DNA of 58,927 nucleotides from Rhynchobatus australiae (GCA_034780895.1 JAUZTB010000064.1:31942970-32001896); one strand, 5' to 3'. Counted from the stretch's first letter, positions 24,385 through 37,729 are shown. The notes: a model not told the origin generated them from the sequence alone. Made by a program: numbers and translations.

Positions 24385-25170
24385 ACAAAATATAAAAGCA
24401 GGGAAGTTATGTTACAGCTTTATAAAACATTGGTAAGGCCACATCTGGAATACTGGGTGCAGTTTTGCTTGCTAGAATATAGAAGGGCTGGGATTGTACT
24501 GGAGAGGTTGCAGAGGAGATTCACCAGGATGTGCCTTGGTTATGAGGAGGGACTGGATAAACTGAGTTTGCTTTCCTTGGAGCAGAGAAGACTCGAGGGT
24601 GACATATATAGGGTAGACAGCAAAAAACTTTTCCCTATAGCAGAGGTATCTTTAACTATGGGGCAAAGATTGAAGGTTTGAAGGTTAGGAATAAGAGGTT
24701 TAGAATGAATATTAGGAAGATTTTTTTTTACCAAGAAGATAGTTGGAATTTGGAATGCACTGTCTGAGAAGGTGATGAAGACACAGATTCTCACAATATT
24801 TAAGAACTATCTAACATTAAGCTGTTACAGCGACACCGATCGGGGTTCAATTCCCTGTGCTGTCTGTAAGGAGTTTGTACGTTCTCCCCGTGACTGCATG
24901 GGTTTCCTCTGGGTGCTCCGGTTTCCTCCCACATCCTAAAGACGTGTGGGTTAGTAGGTTAACATGAGTGTAATTGGGCGGCGAGGGCTCATTGGGCCAG
25001 AAGGGCCTGTTACTGTGCTGTATAAATAAAGTTTTAAGCAAAGGTGAGCACTTGAATCACTAAGGTGTAGACTGCTCATAAATAGGATTAATATAGGCGG
25101 ATACTTGATGGTTGGCATGGACAGAGTGAACTGCAGGGCCCGTTTCTGTGCTGTATGACCATGACTCTAA
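24385..25170 (+). mobile_element. CR1 LINE 3' portion interrupted by a SINE
   Basis: MLQLYKTLVRPHLEYWVQF...LERLQRRFTRM...SLEQRRLEGD; tail gtttctgtgctgtatgaccatgactct. Confidence 0.9.
24815..25035 (+). mobile_element. HE1/V-SINE inserted into CR1
   Basis: ggggttcaattcc B-box, gagtttgtacgttctccccgtgactgcatgggtttcctctgggtgctccggtttcctcccaca V-domain. Confidence 0.88.
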
Positions 25171-25174
25171 GTCT

Positions 25175-25540
25175 ATTACCTTTCTACTGGACTGGCAGCA
25201 AGCATCTGGACCCTTGGTCCAGAGACATGAATCTAAATCTCACCATGGTGGCTATGGGATTTAAAATCAAGTAATTAAATAAATCTGGAATTTAAAAGCA
25301 ATATCTAGCCTTTGTAACAGTACGCATGAGACCACTGGACTTTGATGAAAAAGTATCTGCTTCACTAATATCTTTCAATGAAGAAAATCTGGTGTCCTCA
25401 CGCAGTGTGTATTTTATGTGACTCCAGACCCCACCAATGTGATTGACACTCAACAAATTCTTCGGTTCTGAGGCAATTGAGGTTAGTCAATAAATGCTGG
25501 TGTTGCCACGCACCACATTCCATGAATAAATAAAAAAAAA
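25175..25540 (+). mobile_element. tRNA-derived SINE with caataaatgctgg...catgaataaataaaaaa tail
   Basis: Tail shared (reverse complement) with 58655-58745; body similar to 20965-21240; ends in poly(A). Confidence 0.65.
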
Positions 25541-26195
25541 ATTACCAGGATTAGTTAGGTTCTGTTTGTTCACACCTGTTTGCAGTTGAACTACAAACCT
25601 GTCCAGACAGCTCTCAGGACTTGAAGGTTTCTGTAATCATTCTTGAGTTTGAAAATGTTAATGTACTTAAATTAGATGAAGAATTATGGTCATTAATGGC
25701 ACAGAAGGTCATCATTCAGCCATTGCGCTCTAGCCAGGTCCAAAGAATAATACATATTCTTTCAGTCTGGATGTAAATACAAGGAAGGGTAGGCTTACTT
25801 CCATTCCTCACTGTTTCTGCTGTAACCAATTTGCAATCTATTCCTAAATTAGGTACAGCAAAAAGTATTTTATTTAGTTGTGGCAGGCAACAGTAAAGAG
25901 AGGATTAAGCACGGCAGCAAAGATCTACCTATAGCTGAATAGCCTTCCTGTCATTCCACCGTGTTATCAACGTCGAACAACTTGGATGAAATGAGAATCC
26001 AGACAGAAACAATGTGCATTCAGGAAGGGAGAAAATCAGGAAAAAATATATGTTGTTTTAAAGAGAAAAGTGGGTTCATTAGAGGTTCGATTTGGAATTC
26101 TTGGAATTTATTTTTTTCTTTGCCTGGGGTGGAAAAGGTTAACGGAAAATGTGTGAACCAGAAGGTGAAAGGAAATTCTTTGTTTTTCAACTTAC

Positions 26196-26274
26196 CCGGC
26201 CCGCTGTGGCTTCGAGTATGCACCAGCAAAATGGCCAGCACCACGCAGTAGGCAGAAGCAACAATATTTGCCAT
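26196..26274 (-). CDS. cntfr: CNTFR first coding exon (signal peptide, MANIVASAYCVVLAILLVHTRSHSGP+G)
   Basis: Hydrophobic N-terminus resembling tetrapod CNTFR (MAAPVPWACCAVLA...RHSPQE, from memory). Acceptor cttgttttcttaacag lies immediately before the ATG; donor CCGG|GTAAG follows 26196. 79 nt = 26 codons + 1 (phase 1), joining the Ig exon as G+AA=Glu. Confidence 0.9.
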
Positions 26275-27394
26275 CTGTTAAGAAAACAAGTGAAATCATT
26301 AACATCAGTCAAAAAGACAGCTCCTGGGACTCTTAATCTACAGAGCAGCATTGTGAATGTGAGCATCACTCTTTCAACAAACACATCCTCCTCTTAAGGA
26401 CTTGCCTGTACAGACCCCGGGAACCAAAGTCAAACTAACAATTCAATCTGTCATCCTTCATGACTCTGAGCACTAACAGAAACCTCCTTGGTTACACTTC
26501 TAATGAGACAAGTTGACAGGTAGAAATTTAGAGTCAATTGCCTGAAGAGACAGTACACTCAATGTCCCTTATTGGGATTAATGTAAACTCATAATTTTTT
26601 TATCTCTTGTTGGTTTTGATTGCAGGGAAAATAAAATCCAAACAAAATAAATTTTAAAATGAACATACCTGAACACGGATTATGCTTACACAAGTGTTAG
26701 CATTTTTAAAAATTATTCTGCTATTAAGTCTCTTTGCATTCCAGGTTGGAATGAAATTCAAAGAAACTGTGCCAACAACCAGTCACCCCATCCTTTGATG
26801 TGTGACTGGAACTGGGGGTGCTGTTGGACTGAGTAAGGCTGAGAGATAGAGATGTACAAAGAGACAGAGGAAGACAGATCAAGATAAACACAGAGAATAA
26901 AGGAAGAGTACACAAAAGAAATAAAAAGAAAAATTTCCAGAACTATTTAGCCCTAGACTTCTTTAGGACCTTGATATGAATGCAAAAGGTAATAAATAAA
27001 GATGAGAGCAATTACTCAACTGCCACCATAACCGTATTCAGCAGAGTGAACTCTAGCAAAGCTGATACTTGGCAGCAGAGATATAGTTTTGGTGATTGGA
27101 GGCCATTCATCACAGCATCCAAGCATCTGCAGGAAATCCTTTGGGAAGTACTCTCAACTCAATCATCTTTAGTCATTTTAGTAATGAGGAAAGAGATATC
27201 TTTTTCCTTAACAGTCTGAGCACAGTGTCTCTAAATAATGAAGCAGTGTATCCCAGTATGTATTCAGATTGACCTCAGCATCATCCAAATCTGCAATGTT
27301 AATTATAGGCAATATTAATACTACTCAAATGACAAATAGTTGACTTTCTTGAATGAATGAGAGCTTACCTACCTCACTTTGAATTTCAGTTATT

Positions 27395-27700
27395 ATTGTG
27401 TTGAATTCCCCACTATTAACATTCTGGGAATTATCATTCACCAGGAGCTCAACCAGTTCACTCACTGTGTCTAGAGTTCTAGAATTACAACAAAACGACA
27501 GAGCAATTTACTTGCTAGATGTTCCTGCCACTGGGCTCAGCATCTGGTTCCATCCACCAGTTTCACACTCTGGCTACAGTGCATGTGATTTATAGGATAT
27601 ACCACTGCACTCAAGTAATGTTATATCATGGTAACATTTCCCTCTGACTTCTACTACTGAGGACAAGAGGACAGGAGTATTGTAGAAGCAGCATTTTCAA
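27395..27700 (+). mobile_element. Old CR1/L2-group LINE fragment
   Basis: tccccactattaacattctgggaattatcatt..gagctcaac similar to 17705-17755. Confidence 0.5.
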
Positions 27701-27924
27701 TATGAAGCCTTTGATGTACTTCTTCATCATCATTTCTCAGAATCTTAGAATTTCTTATTGAATAGTGTTCTGAAAGCACTATCACAAGAAGGTATATTAG
27801 GTTAAAGAACAAAGGACAGGAATAGGCTGTTCCTGCCCTGAGTATGTTCTACACCTAATTAAATTATGCTTGATTGGTACCTCGCCTACAATTATCTATC
27901 TTTATTTCATCATTCCATGATTGG

Positions 27925-28275
27925 TAATGTGGTGGTGCAGCAGTTAAGGTGGCCTCACCTCAGCTCCAGGGATTTACGTTCAATCCTGACTGTGGATGCT
28001 GCCTATTTGGAATCTGCACGCACACCAAGAGACCATTTGTATTTCTGCTGGGTACACTGCTCTCCTTCTAATGCCCAAAGAAATGCTGGCTACTGTTACT
28101 TTCTCTTCAATGTAGATGAATAGCAAAATCAATCAAAGAAAAGTTGATGGGTGTGTGAGAGAAAATAAATTGCAGGGTTACAGCAAAAATAAAGAGAAAC
28201 AGAATGGGATTGATGGGATTGCATGACTGTGAGCCATCATGAACCCAATGGGCTGAATGGCCTCTGGTGTTGCGG
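27925..28275 (+). mobile_element. Degenerate HE1/V-SINE within an old CR1 remnant
   Basis: gtggtgcagcagttaag..cagctccaggga..gttcaatcctgac head; tail atgggctgaatggcctct. Confidence 0.7.
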
Positions 28276-31200
28276 CAATTTTACTTGATTAAAAATCCAT
28301 CTCAGCCCTGAAAATTTCAATTGATCTAGCAACCACAATCTTTTAAGGAACGCATTACCTCCTTACATCAGCAAAACAAAAAAAAGAATAAACTACTGGA
28401 AAATCTGCATCAGATTGGTCTTCTTGGGATAAAAGCAGGTTATGATTTTAGCATTGTTGTTTTAGTGTTAGCATAATCTCTTTCATGATTGAGCCCTCCC
28501 CCACCTTTCCTGTTCTTCTCTCAGATTGGGAAAGGATTGTAAGCAGAAAGAGAAAAAAATGAAATTAATAAGGGAGAGCAAGACTACAAAGATCCTAAAG
28601 CATTAAAGAATTATTTTCCGTACTTGCACTGTAAACATTTTAATTATAATCATAAGAGTAGTTGACTTACATGACACTTCCGTTTGCTTGTTGCTTCACC
28701 TAATAATCCTAAATAAGTTTCATATGGAAGTAGTTAATAGTCCAATTACCCTTTTTACTTTAATTATCTCCTTTTTCCATGTCATATATTGAAGGAGGAA
28801 AGATATCTGTTGTTAGATATCTTCCAAATCCACTGTGTAAATGGACACTCTGAAGTGAGGCTTCCAGTTTTCTGTTTCCCTTTGGAGAATGGCTCATATT
28901 GTCCAGGCAAAATGGTGAGGAATCTCATGGGTAGATTTCTATCCCACTGACTGCTCACACACTATTGGTACATTTGGAACTATTATGGACTGGCTTAATA
29001 TTCCATGCATGAAAATCATAGGGAGGAAGGATTTCTGTTCACTATTGGCAACATAATCCTAAACATAAGTACAAAGAATACCTCAATAATATAATCTGAA
29101 TACCACATATAGCATACTTCGCAAGTTTTTTTTGAGTGAACAAGCAAGAATGAATTCTCATGTGACTTCTTTAGGCTAAAGATCCCGGAGTTTGCATAAA
29201 ACTATCAGCTTAGAAATATTACTTTTATGTGTATTCTTAGGGAGAAAATGAGCATTAGATTAATCGATAATGGTTTACATCTGCTAACCTGCTGTTTAAT
29301 TTGTGGTTCAGTACAAAATACTTTCCAGAGTATGAAGATGTAATTAAACAGTTTTTTTAAATGTGTTCATCAAAGCAGAGAATTGAACCTTTTTACTTTA
29401 GGCTCACAGTTGAAGACTCCTTAATCAGTTATGTGCATGTTAAATGCAAACTGAAGATCCCTCATGTGTGACCACCAAAATGATATTTCTTTTCTGTACA
29501 AGTCATCCTCTATTAGATAGTTTAAATGATTATCCATTAGAGAGGAACAGATTGAAATTATTGTGACAGGAAACAATTATTTGTTGAGATTCAGAAAATC
29601 TGAAATCTGGTAAGCAGGAAATCAAAATAATAATAATGCCATAAACAGCTGAGGTAGGTGTGCAATGATATAATTAGTCATGCATTATAATGAAAAGTGA
29701 GGTGAAGAACTCTCTTCAAAACAAAAATTTGTTTCATGTGTTGCCCAGTCTGTGAAGCATTAAATTACAGCATTGAGACTGCTAACTGCCAAAGGGAATG
29801 TTAACTGCAGCCACCTAGAGAGAAAATCACTTTTGAAAAAAAGATGAAAACCATAGAAGTGACATCTGCTGTCTCTTGCATATGGTTTAATCTGATGCAC
29901 TGGTCCCAAATTTAAACTGTAGCTTATTCAAAGTCCTGTTTTCAGTTGCTATTGAGAGAGAAGGCTGAAAGTGAATCATTACCACACAAAACAGGTCTCG
30001 AATGACAAGGTAAAAGGACTCAAGTGGGATGAAAACTAAGGTTCAAACTACTTCTGGAATACTGCAAACTGACCACTGTATAACAGTCCACTCTTAACTC
30101 TCATTACTTACCTTGGCCCACACAGTGAACAACCATCTATTTTCAAACACCGAAGAGCTTATTCATTAAAATATGTTTTGACTTTAAATTAGATCAATTC
30201 TTGTAGAGTCATACTGCAGAATACTAGCACTTCTCACAGACAGACAGGCTGGTTTTAATAACTCCTCATTATCATGGTCCTTTTATACTGATACTTGTTA
30301 TTCAGGAGCAATAGTGAAACAATCTAATTTACCTATTGTGAACAATAATTTTCTCATGCAAAACAATCTGGCACTGATGAAGGGGTTCAACAGACTTGGG
30401 CTCTCATAAGCTCTCCATTATGTAATGATATTAACACCTTACCCTTGATTTCATGATCTCATTTAGGTTGCTGCGAAAGGAAATGGTGACCCAAGCGGAC
30501 ACTTTGCAGTGCTTCATTGTTTCATAATCTCTGCTTTATTTAACATTGAAAGGGATATTTCTTAATTCACTCTATTAATCCATCAAGCTCCAGTCTTGCT
30601 GAATTACAAGAGAGTAAAACACCCATTGGGATAACTTTGTTATCCCCTGAAAATGTGCATGAAGATTGCAATGCAAAATTAATCTACAATATTTGAAATA
30701 GAATGCAAACATAATAGCAACTTCACATTGTCCCTCGTGATTTCTGCTTGTGCCAGTGCTAACATGATAAGCCATGAGTGTGGTTGTAGAGCTAGAAGAA
30801 ATTTAATAATCCCACAAAGTAGTCATAGGCTGCAAGTCTCAGCAAGGGACCCAATACGGTCACTAACTTACAGTTACTAACTTGCAACTGAACAAGTGTT
30901 GGGGAATTATTCAATACAAAAACTAACCTGGGAATGAGCATTGACCATGGATGTGATTGGAGTGCGAGGGTTAGAATAGATGTAAAAAAGAAGGGAGATA
31001 TCCTATATCCTAACAGAGCAAGAGGCCTTCCAGATACATAATAAAAGGGTTATGGAAAAAAGCAAAAACTCTGATGACCTGAAAGAAGACTAATGATCTC
31101 ACAAATGCCATAAAGGTCAATAAATGTCATGGTTCTGAGTTCTGGCCCTTAATTTGGCACCATTAATGCCTTGTTGTCCAGCACATAGATTCCATGCTGG

Positions 31201-32339
31201 ACTGATTACATAACAATACACACCTGAGCCCCATCANNNNNNNNNNNNNNNNNNNNNNNNNNNNNNNNNNNNNNNNNNNNNNNNNNNNNNNNNNNNNNNN
31301 NNNNNNNNNNNNNNNNNNNNNNNNNNNNNNNNNNNNNNNNNNNNNNNNNNNNNNNNNNNNNNNNNNNNNNNNNNNNNNNNNNNNNNNNNNNNNNNNNNNN
31401 NNNNNNNNNNNNNNNNNNNNNNNNNNNNNNNNNNNNNNNNNNNNNNNNNNNNNNNNNNNNNNNNNNNNNNNNNNNNNNNNNNNNNNNNNNNNNNNNNNNN
31501 NNNNNNNNNNNNNNNNNNNNNNNNNNNNNNNNNNNNNNNNNNNNNNNNNNNNNNNNNNNNNNNNNNNNNNNNNNNNNCAATTTTACCTGCATTTGTTTCT
31601 CCAATAACCAGGAACACAATCCAATCCAGGCAGGATATTGGGTTGGGTGGGGGCAAGATCGAACTGAAAAGGCAGACAGCCTGTCACTCAAATTCGTAGT
31701 TACAGCTCAGATATTTACACAACACTTAGAATGGAGACACAAGGTGAAATGCAGGACACAAGTATGCTGCAGGAAGGTTCAGGGTAACGGATAGTCCAGT
31801 TTGTGAGAAGAACTCAGATGATGATCTCATTGGAGAAAAAGAGGCTGAAAGGTGTACACATCCAAATTCTTGGAGCACTGAAAAGTTTATCAGAAAGGAG
31901 TAAGGAAGAATAGAATCTGTCTCCAACTTGGCATAGGGCTTGGAACCCTTCCTTTCTACCTCTATTAATACACCCATGGTAATGATGCAAAATCTCAGCT
32001 ACCACTGTAGAGCAAACATTCATTCCATCCTCAGGTGTTGCAGTGAAAGTGCATCATGCAATCTCAGTTTCCTGTTATTCATGTTCAGTCTGCCGTTACA
32101 ATGACAATGAGCACCAACACATAAAGNNNNNNNNNNNNNNNNNNNNNNNNNNNNNNNNNNNNNNNNNNNNNNNNNNNNNNNNNNNNNNNNNNNNNNNNNN
32201 NNNNNNNNNNNNNNNNNNNNNNNNNNTGGTCCTCCAACTTGCGCCTGGCCTCAACGTAGCAGCCCATGGACAGACATGTCGGTGTGGGAGTGGGGTGTGG
32301 AATTCAAGTGGGCTATCTAAGGGCCACGGGTTTGAACAG

Positions 32340-32470
32340 AATTAATGTTAAGGTCTAAGACCCTTCAGATGAAGAGTCTTCAACCTGAAACATTGACTCT
32401 GTTTCTCCCTCCACGGAAGCTGCTTGACCTGCTGAGTATTTCCAGTGTCTTCTGCTTTATTTCAGATTTG
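32340..32470 (+). mobile_element. Penelope-derived terminal remnant with mutated hammerhead core
   Basis: cagatgaagagtcttcaacctgaaacattgactctgtttctc..gctgcttgacctgctgagtatttccag. Confidence 0.6.
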
Positions 32471-32489
32471 AATAGATATGGCCACCAGG

Positions 32490-32816
32490 TGGGTGCGCAG
32501 TTCTGGTTGCCTGGGTATAAGAAGGATGTCATTTAGCTGGAAGGGAGCAGAAAAGATTCACGAGGATGTTACCAGGACTGGAGGGCTTGAACTAGGAGAC
32601 TGGATCGGCTGGGACTTTTTTCACTGGAGTGTGGGAGGCTGAGGGGTGACCTTACAGGGGTCTATAAAATCCTGAGGGGCACAGATAAAGTGAATAGTCA
32701 CAGTCTATTTCTCCAGGGTAGGGAAGTCTAAGAGTGGAGGGCATAAGTTGTAAGCAAGAGGGGAAAGACTTAAAGGGACCCAAGGAGCAACATATTCACA
32801 CAGAGGGTGGTGGGTA
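32490..32816 (+). mobile_element. CR1 LINE ORF2 C-terminal fragment
   Basis: gtgcgcagttctgg..cagaaaagattcacgaggatgttaccaggactggaggg..aggctgaggggtgacctt..acacagagggtggtg. Confidence 0.85.
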
Positions 32817-33635
32817 TAGAACGTAGAACATTACAGCACAGTACCTTCGGCCCACAGTGTTGTGCTGACATTTTATCCTGCTCTATGAACTATCTAACCC
32901 TTCCCTCCCACATAGCCCCCCATTTCTCTATCATTCACGAGTCTATCTAAGAGTCTCTTAAATGTCCCTAATGTATCTGCCCCCACAACCTCTACCGGCA
33001 GTGCATTCCATGCACCCACTACTCTCTGTGTAAAAAAAAGTTACCCCTGACATCCCCCTTATACCTTCCTCCAATCACCTTAAAATTATGCCCCCTCATG
33101 TTAGCCATTGTTGCCCTGGGAAAAAGTCTCTGACTGTCCACTCAATCTATGTTTCTTATCTTGTACACCTCTATCAAGTCACCTCTCATCTTCCTTCTCT
33201 CCAAAGAGAAAAGCCCCAGCTAGCTCAATCTATCCTCATAAGACATGCTCTCCAATCCAGGCAACATCCTGGTAAATCTCCTCTGTACCCTCTCTAATGC
33301 CTCCACATCCCTCCTATAATGAGGAGATCAGAACTGAACACAATATTCCAAGTGTGATCTGACCAGAGTTCTATAGAGCTGCAACATCACCTTGTGGCTC
33401 TTGAACTCAATACCCCGATTAGAAGGCCAACACTCTATACACCTTTTTAACAATCCTATCGACCTGCGTGGCAACCTTGAGGAATCCATGGACGTGGACC
33501 CCAAGAGCCCTCTGTTCCCCCACACTGCTAAGAGTTCTGCCATTAACCTTGTATTCTGTCTTCGAATTCGATCTCCCAAAGTGTATCACTTCACACTTAT
33601 CTGGGTTGAACTCCATCTGCAACTTCTCAGCCCGG
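32817..33635 (-). mobile_element. Relatively young CR1 LINE 3' portion
   Basis: QMEFNPDKCEVIHFGRSN, GIEFKSHKVMLQLYRTLVRSHLEYCVQF; tail tagaacgtagaacattacagcacag. Confidence 0.92.
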
Positions 33636-36600
33636 CATTCACAGCTTTCATCTGTTTCTTCAGCACCTTCTTCCTAAACATCTCCTCCTGCTGAGAAACT
33701 GTCTTCTCCTCCTATTCCTCTTCCTTCTCTTCTCGCACTCTTCTCACAGCTTATTCCACTGTCTGTTGACTCTATTCATTCTCCCACTCATACTCAGTGC
33801 CAAGAGGAAACCTTCCAAGGCCACTCATATGTGCAGTGATTTGTGCACAGGCTTTTCAGTCACCAAGAAAATATTTTGGCACTAACAAATCCACATCCAA
33901 TATACTGATGGAACTTTTAACAAATATGGAAAAGCAAACAAAATGTGTAAGTTTGTACCAACAACCAGAAGAAATAATCCACAACTATTTTGTAGCTAGT
34001 TGAGGACTAATTTAAACATTGCCATTGTGGGTTCTTTTATATCACTGAACACGGATGTAGCTGTGGAAAGTTGAGCAGGAGTCTAGGCTGAGGCTTGAAA
34101 CTCCAAATGAATGTAAATTTGGAATTTTAAGTAACCTTGTGGTGCTCAAAAATGTCCAGTTCCAAAGCCTGTTTCCTCTCTGCCGTATTTATTTCTTCCA
34201 ACATCAAAGCAACAGCTCCTGTTTTCCAACTCCCAAGTCAAATGCAACCCACCCCCCAACCCCCACTTCAATTTATTTCCAATTAGTTGTTAATTATGAT
34301 CAGTTTTACACTATGGCTTTGTTCCCAGTAGGAACTAAGATGAGGCTGTCAAAGCTAATTTCTTTCAAAACACTTACAAGTGAATGCAGGCATCTGAAAG
34401 GGTGACTGACTTCATCCCAGCAGTCTGAGCTTAGTTTCAGTTAGTTTCTTTGTTGAATGAATGCTATTCTAACAGCACATTACCCATTTTAAAAGAGAAA
34501 AGATTGTTGGACAAGTCACCAGGAACCTCTGTTAAACAATTCATTACACCCAGTTCAAAAGTTGATTCGATATTAACCTTGGAGTGATTTATCCATCCAC
34601 TGCTCTGTCCAGGTATCATATGGACAGCAGGCTCTTCAGTCCCTAACCCCTGTCCTATCATTGAAACAGGCAATATGTCATCTGTACCTGAATTCTATTT
34701 ACCTGCTTTTGAACTATACCCACTCAACATATAAAATATCCCTTGATCTTAGTTTTGAAAATTTAACTCAACAGTTCAGGCTTGAGGAGGAGAGAGTTTG
34801 CATGTTTCTTTGCCATTTTTGAAAGCTCTTAATTTCATTGGCTTTAATTTTATGGTTGTGACTCTTTGTTCTGGTTTGCCCTGCAAAAGAAGTGTTTTCA
34901 TCCTATCAAATCCTTTATCATTTTAGACTCCAGTTGATCAGTCCTAAACTTTCTAAAGACAGGAGAATATGACCCAAGCTTGCACAATCCATGACTGTTG
35001 AAGCCCTAGTTTATCTCTCTTTAAGCCTTCACATGTGAAATATAAAGAGGGCAAAATGATTCATAAGTGGATATGAGAAAGAAACATGAACTTCCCTCAT
35101 GATGGTTGCTAAATACAGCAAAAATGCTTTGTTACTCAGCTATCTCAACCAGAAAGATCCTTGGTTCAATCACACATACTGCAAGTCAGCTAACCAAACT
35201 GCAAATAGCAGAATTAATCTTAGTGTTCTGAGATCTAAGAGTTGTGTGCTGAATAGAAATCAACCTGCTTCTGAAGGCTATTCATTGTGCTGAACCAGAA
35301 ATCACATGTGAGGTGAATGACAGCTGAGGATAGTTTTAGCTGCAGCTGTGTCTCTCCTGCAGTTGAAAAGCACGTCAAAGCTAACATATTGAAAATGGTT
35401 GATGTATTGGGAGCTGTTGGTACCCGCGGAAATGGAATTGCATCAAGAGTTAATACCCTCAGGAGTAAAGAACAATGGTAGAAGTATTGGAAGCGGGAAA
35501 ATACAACATGGGAAAATATTTCAAAATAAGTCAAAAGTAAAATCCAAAAAAAAAATTCTTGTCAATTAAGTGTAAAGGAATTACCAAAAAGAATTAGTGC
35601 TGAAACAGAGCTATAAGTCATAACTGCTGTATTTCTTTGAATGAATTACAATAGCCTCATTGCATAGCTCATAGGCTTCGAGCTGCAGTTAGAGATTTTT
35701 TTTTAGAATGATGCTGTCATCCTCAGAGACTTCAATAAAAAAGAAACAGCTGATAAAGTTTCTGACAGATTCACAGCATTATGCAAAAGAGACTCCCATA
35801 CTGGCTGCAGTGATTAAGACAAAGCTATGATATTAATGTGTTCCCTTGCCCTTGGGAACGACTCACTGTTCTTCACTTAAAAACAAGGAGATATTTATAT
35901 CGATTATATAGTATTCCAAGAAAAAAAGAAACAAAAATGACAAAAGTGATATGATATATCTGTTCTGGCTTATAACATGCCTCCTTTGCAACTGATAACT
36001 TCCAGATGTTTAAACCCACTATAGAGCAGTAAATATAATTCTTATTAATATTCTCTAATGGAAAACACATTGAGGGTGCAGCATTGAAAAAGGCATTGTT
36101 ATTCAAAGAAAAAACTGAGTTCCATTTTATGTGCCATGTGTTTGGTTGTTTTTGTCCAGGTTTAGTATGACAACATCCTTATAAATGCAAGTAGATATAA
36201 ATTATTGTCTTCCGTGCTAATAAATGCTAAGAATTGACAATTTGTTAGAAACAGCATAGATAAATTCCAGGATATATAAATGAAAAAAGTTAGTGGGGGC
36301 AGGAGTCAGTCAGAACCTTTCCACCCAAAGAGTAACTGAGTTGCCTAACATGATATGCAAGGGAGAAGTATAAATGGGTCAGCAAGACAATTAACTGTAT
36401 TTTTGTAGAGGGAAAGAATTCAGAAATTTGGTGAATAAGCAGGTAGATAGATCACTAATCAATAAATCAATAAGGAGGAATAGTTTTGGAGGATTTAGTG
36501 TTACCACTCCTTTAAATTCATATATAATTTTTCAAATAAATTATATATAAATACCAGGGTGACCAGAATTTAACTTGTCAACTTATTTTCCTTCCTGACA

Positions 36601-37729
36601 ACCAAGTTGAAACAGGGAACTCAGTATGCATACAAATATAAATGGTGTCTATGTTACACAATGCAGGAGCCCCTCAATATGTTAGATGATTTTTTTACAC
36701 TTCTGAGGACATTTTCCTTTCAGAGGTGATTTGTACTATTATTCCCCAAAATGCTGCTAAAAAAAACTGTTTCTATTATAAATGTTATGGCTTCAGGATT
36801 CATTAGATCTCAGTTTTGATGGATTCTTCAAATATTATTTGATATGTTATGAACATTTTCCCTAAGAATGAAAACTTGCCTACATTAGACTTGTATGACT
36901 CAGAGAGGAACAGTTCTCTTCCCCACAGATCACGTTAAAAAATAGAATCATAAATGGTCTTTTTGGTCCTGGATACCTTCAAGGTGTGCTTGCCTCATGA
37001 AAGAAGCGATGGCCTCCTTACTCAGCCCAAAGTTAAAACTTACAGTCAAGGTAAAATGACACAAGCAGACTCGACACTACATGCTTATAGAAGAACCCCA
37101 CTGGCTTCACTCAAGCATAGTTAAAATTCTCCAAAATTTGTAAAGACTGAGGGAAAAAGTTCTTTCTTTTTGCATTAAGATAGTCAGGATGCAACAGAAA
37201 AAACTAATACTGATATCCAGACTATCCAGATGTCACTCTGTTCAGATTTAAACAACAAGTTGCAGCCTTGATGCAAGTAAGCTAATAGAGCAAAGATAAT
37301 GCAAAATATTATATAAGGGTAAGGATGACATTAGAAAATAACATCTTCTTTCCTAAAAAGGCTATAATGAAAATCACAAATTACATCTCGTGTCTCTGTC
37401 ACAGTGTTGTTCCCTAATTTCTCATTTATGTCTGTCCCTCTGTTACCTTTATTCAAAAACATGATCAATGTGTTCACTGACAACATTTAGTTTCACCTCA
37501 CCAGTACCTCTCTTCATCCATCCATTGTGTTGCTAGATTATTCTGCTGACATTTAGCTTTACGCAGGACAACATTTCTTCCAGTTAAACATTAAGATCGA
37601 TGCCAATGTACAATTTGCAGCCCTGAAGTCCTAACTACATAGAGCTGAGCTTCTAACTACTTTGGTTATACTTGGTTACTTCCACATTCGGCTATTTCAA
37701 GGTACATTTGTCTAGCTTTCCATCCTTAT

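Larger units (their letters stand above)
10071..26195 (-). other. cntfr: ~16.1 kb GT-AG intron of cntfr between signal-peptide and Ig exons
   Basis: Canonical GTAAG donor and ttcAG acceptor, phase-compatible flanking exons. Confidence 0.85.
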
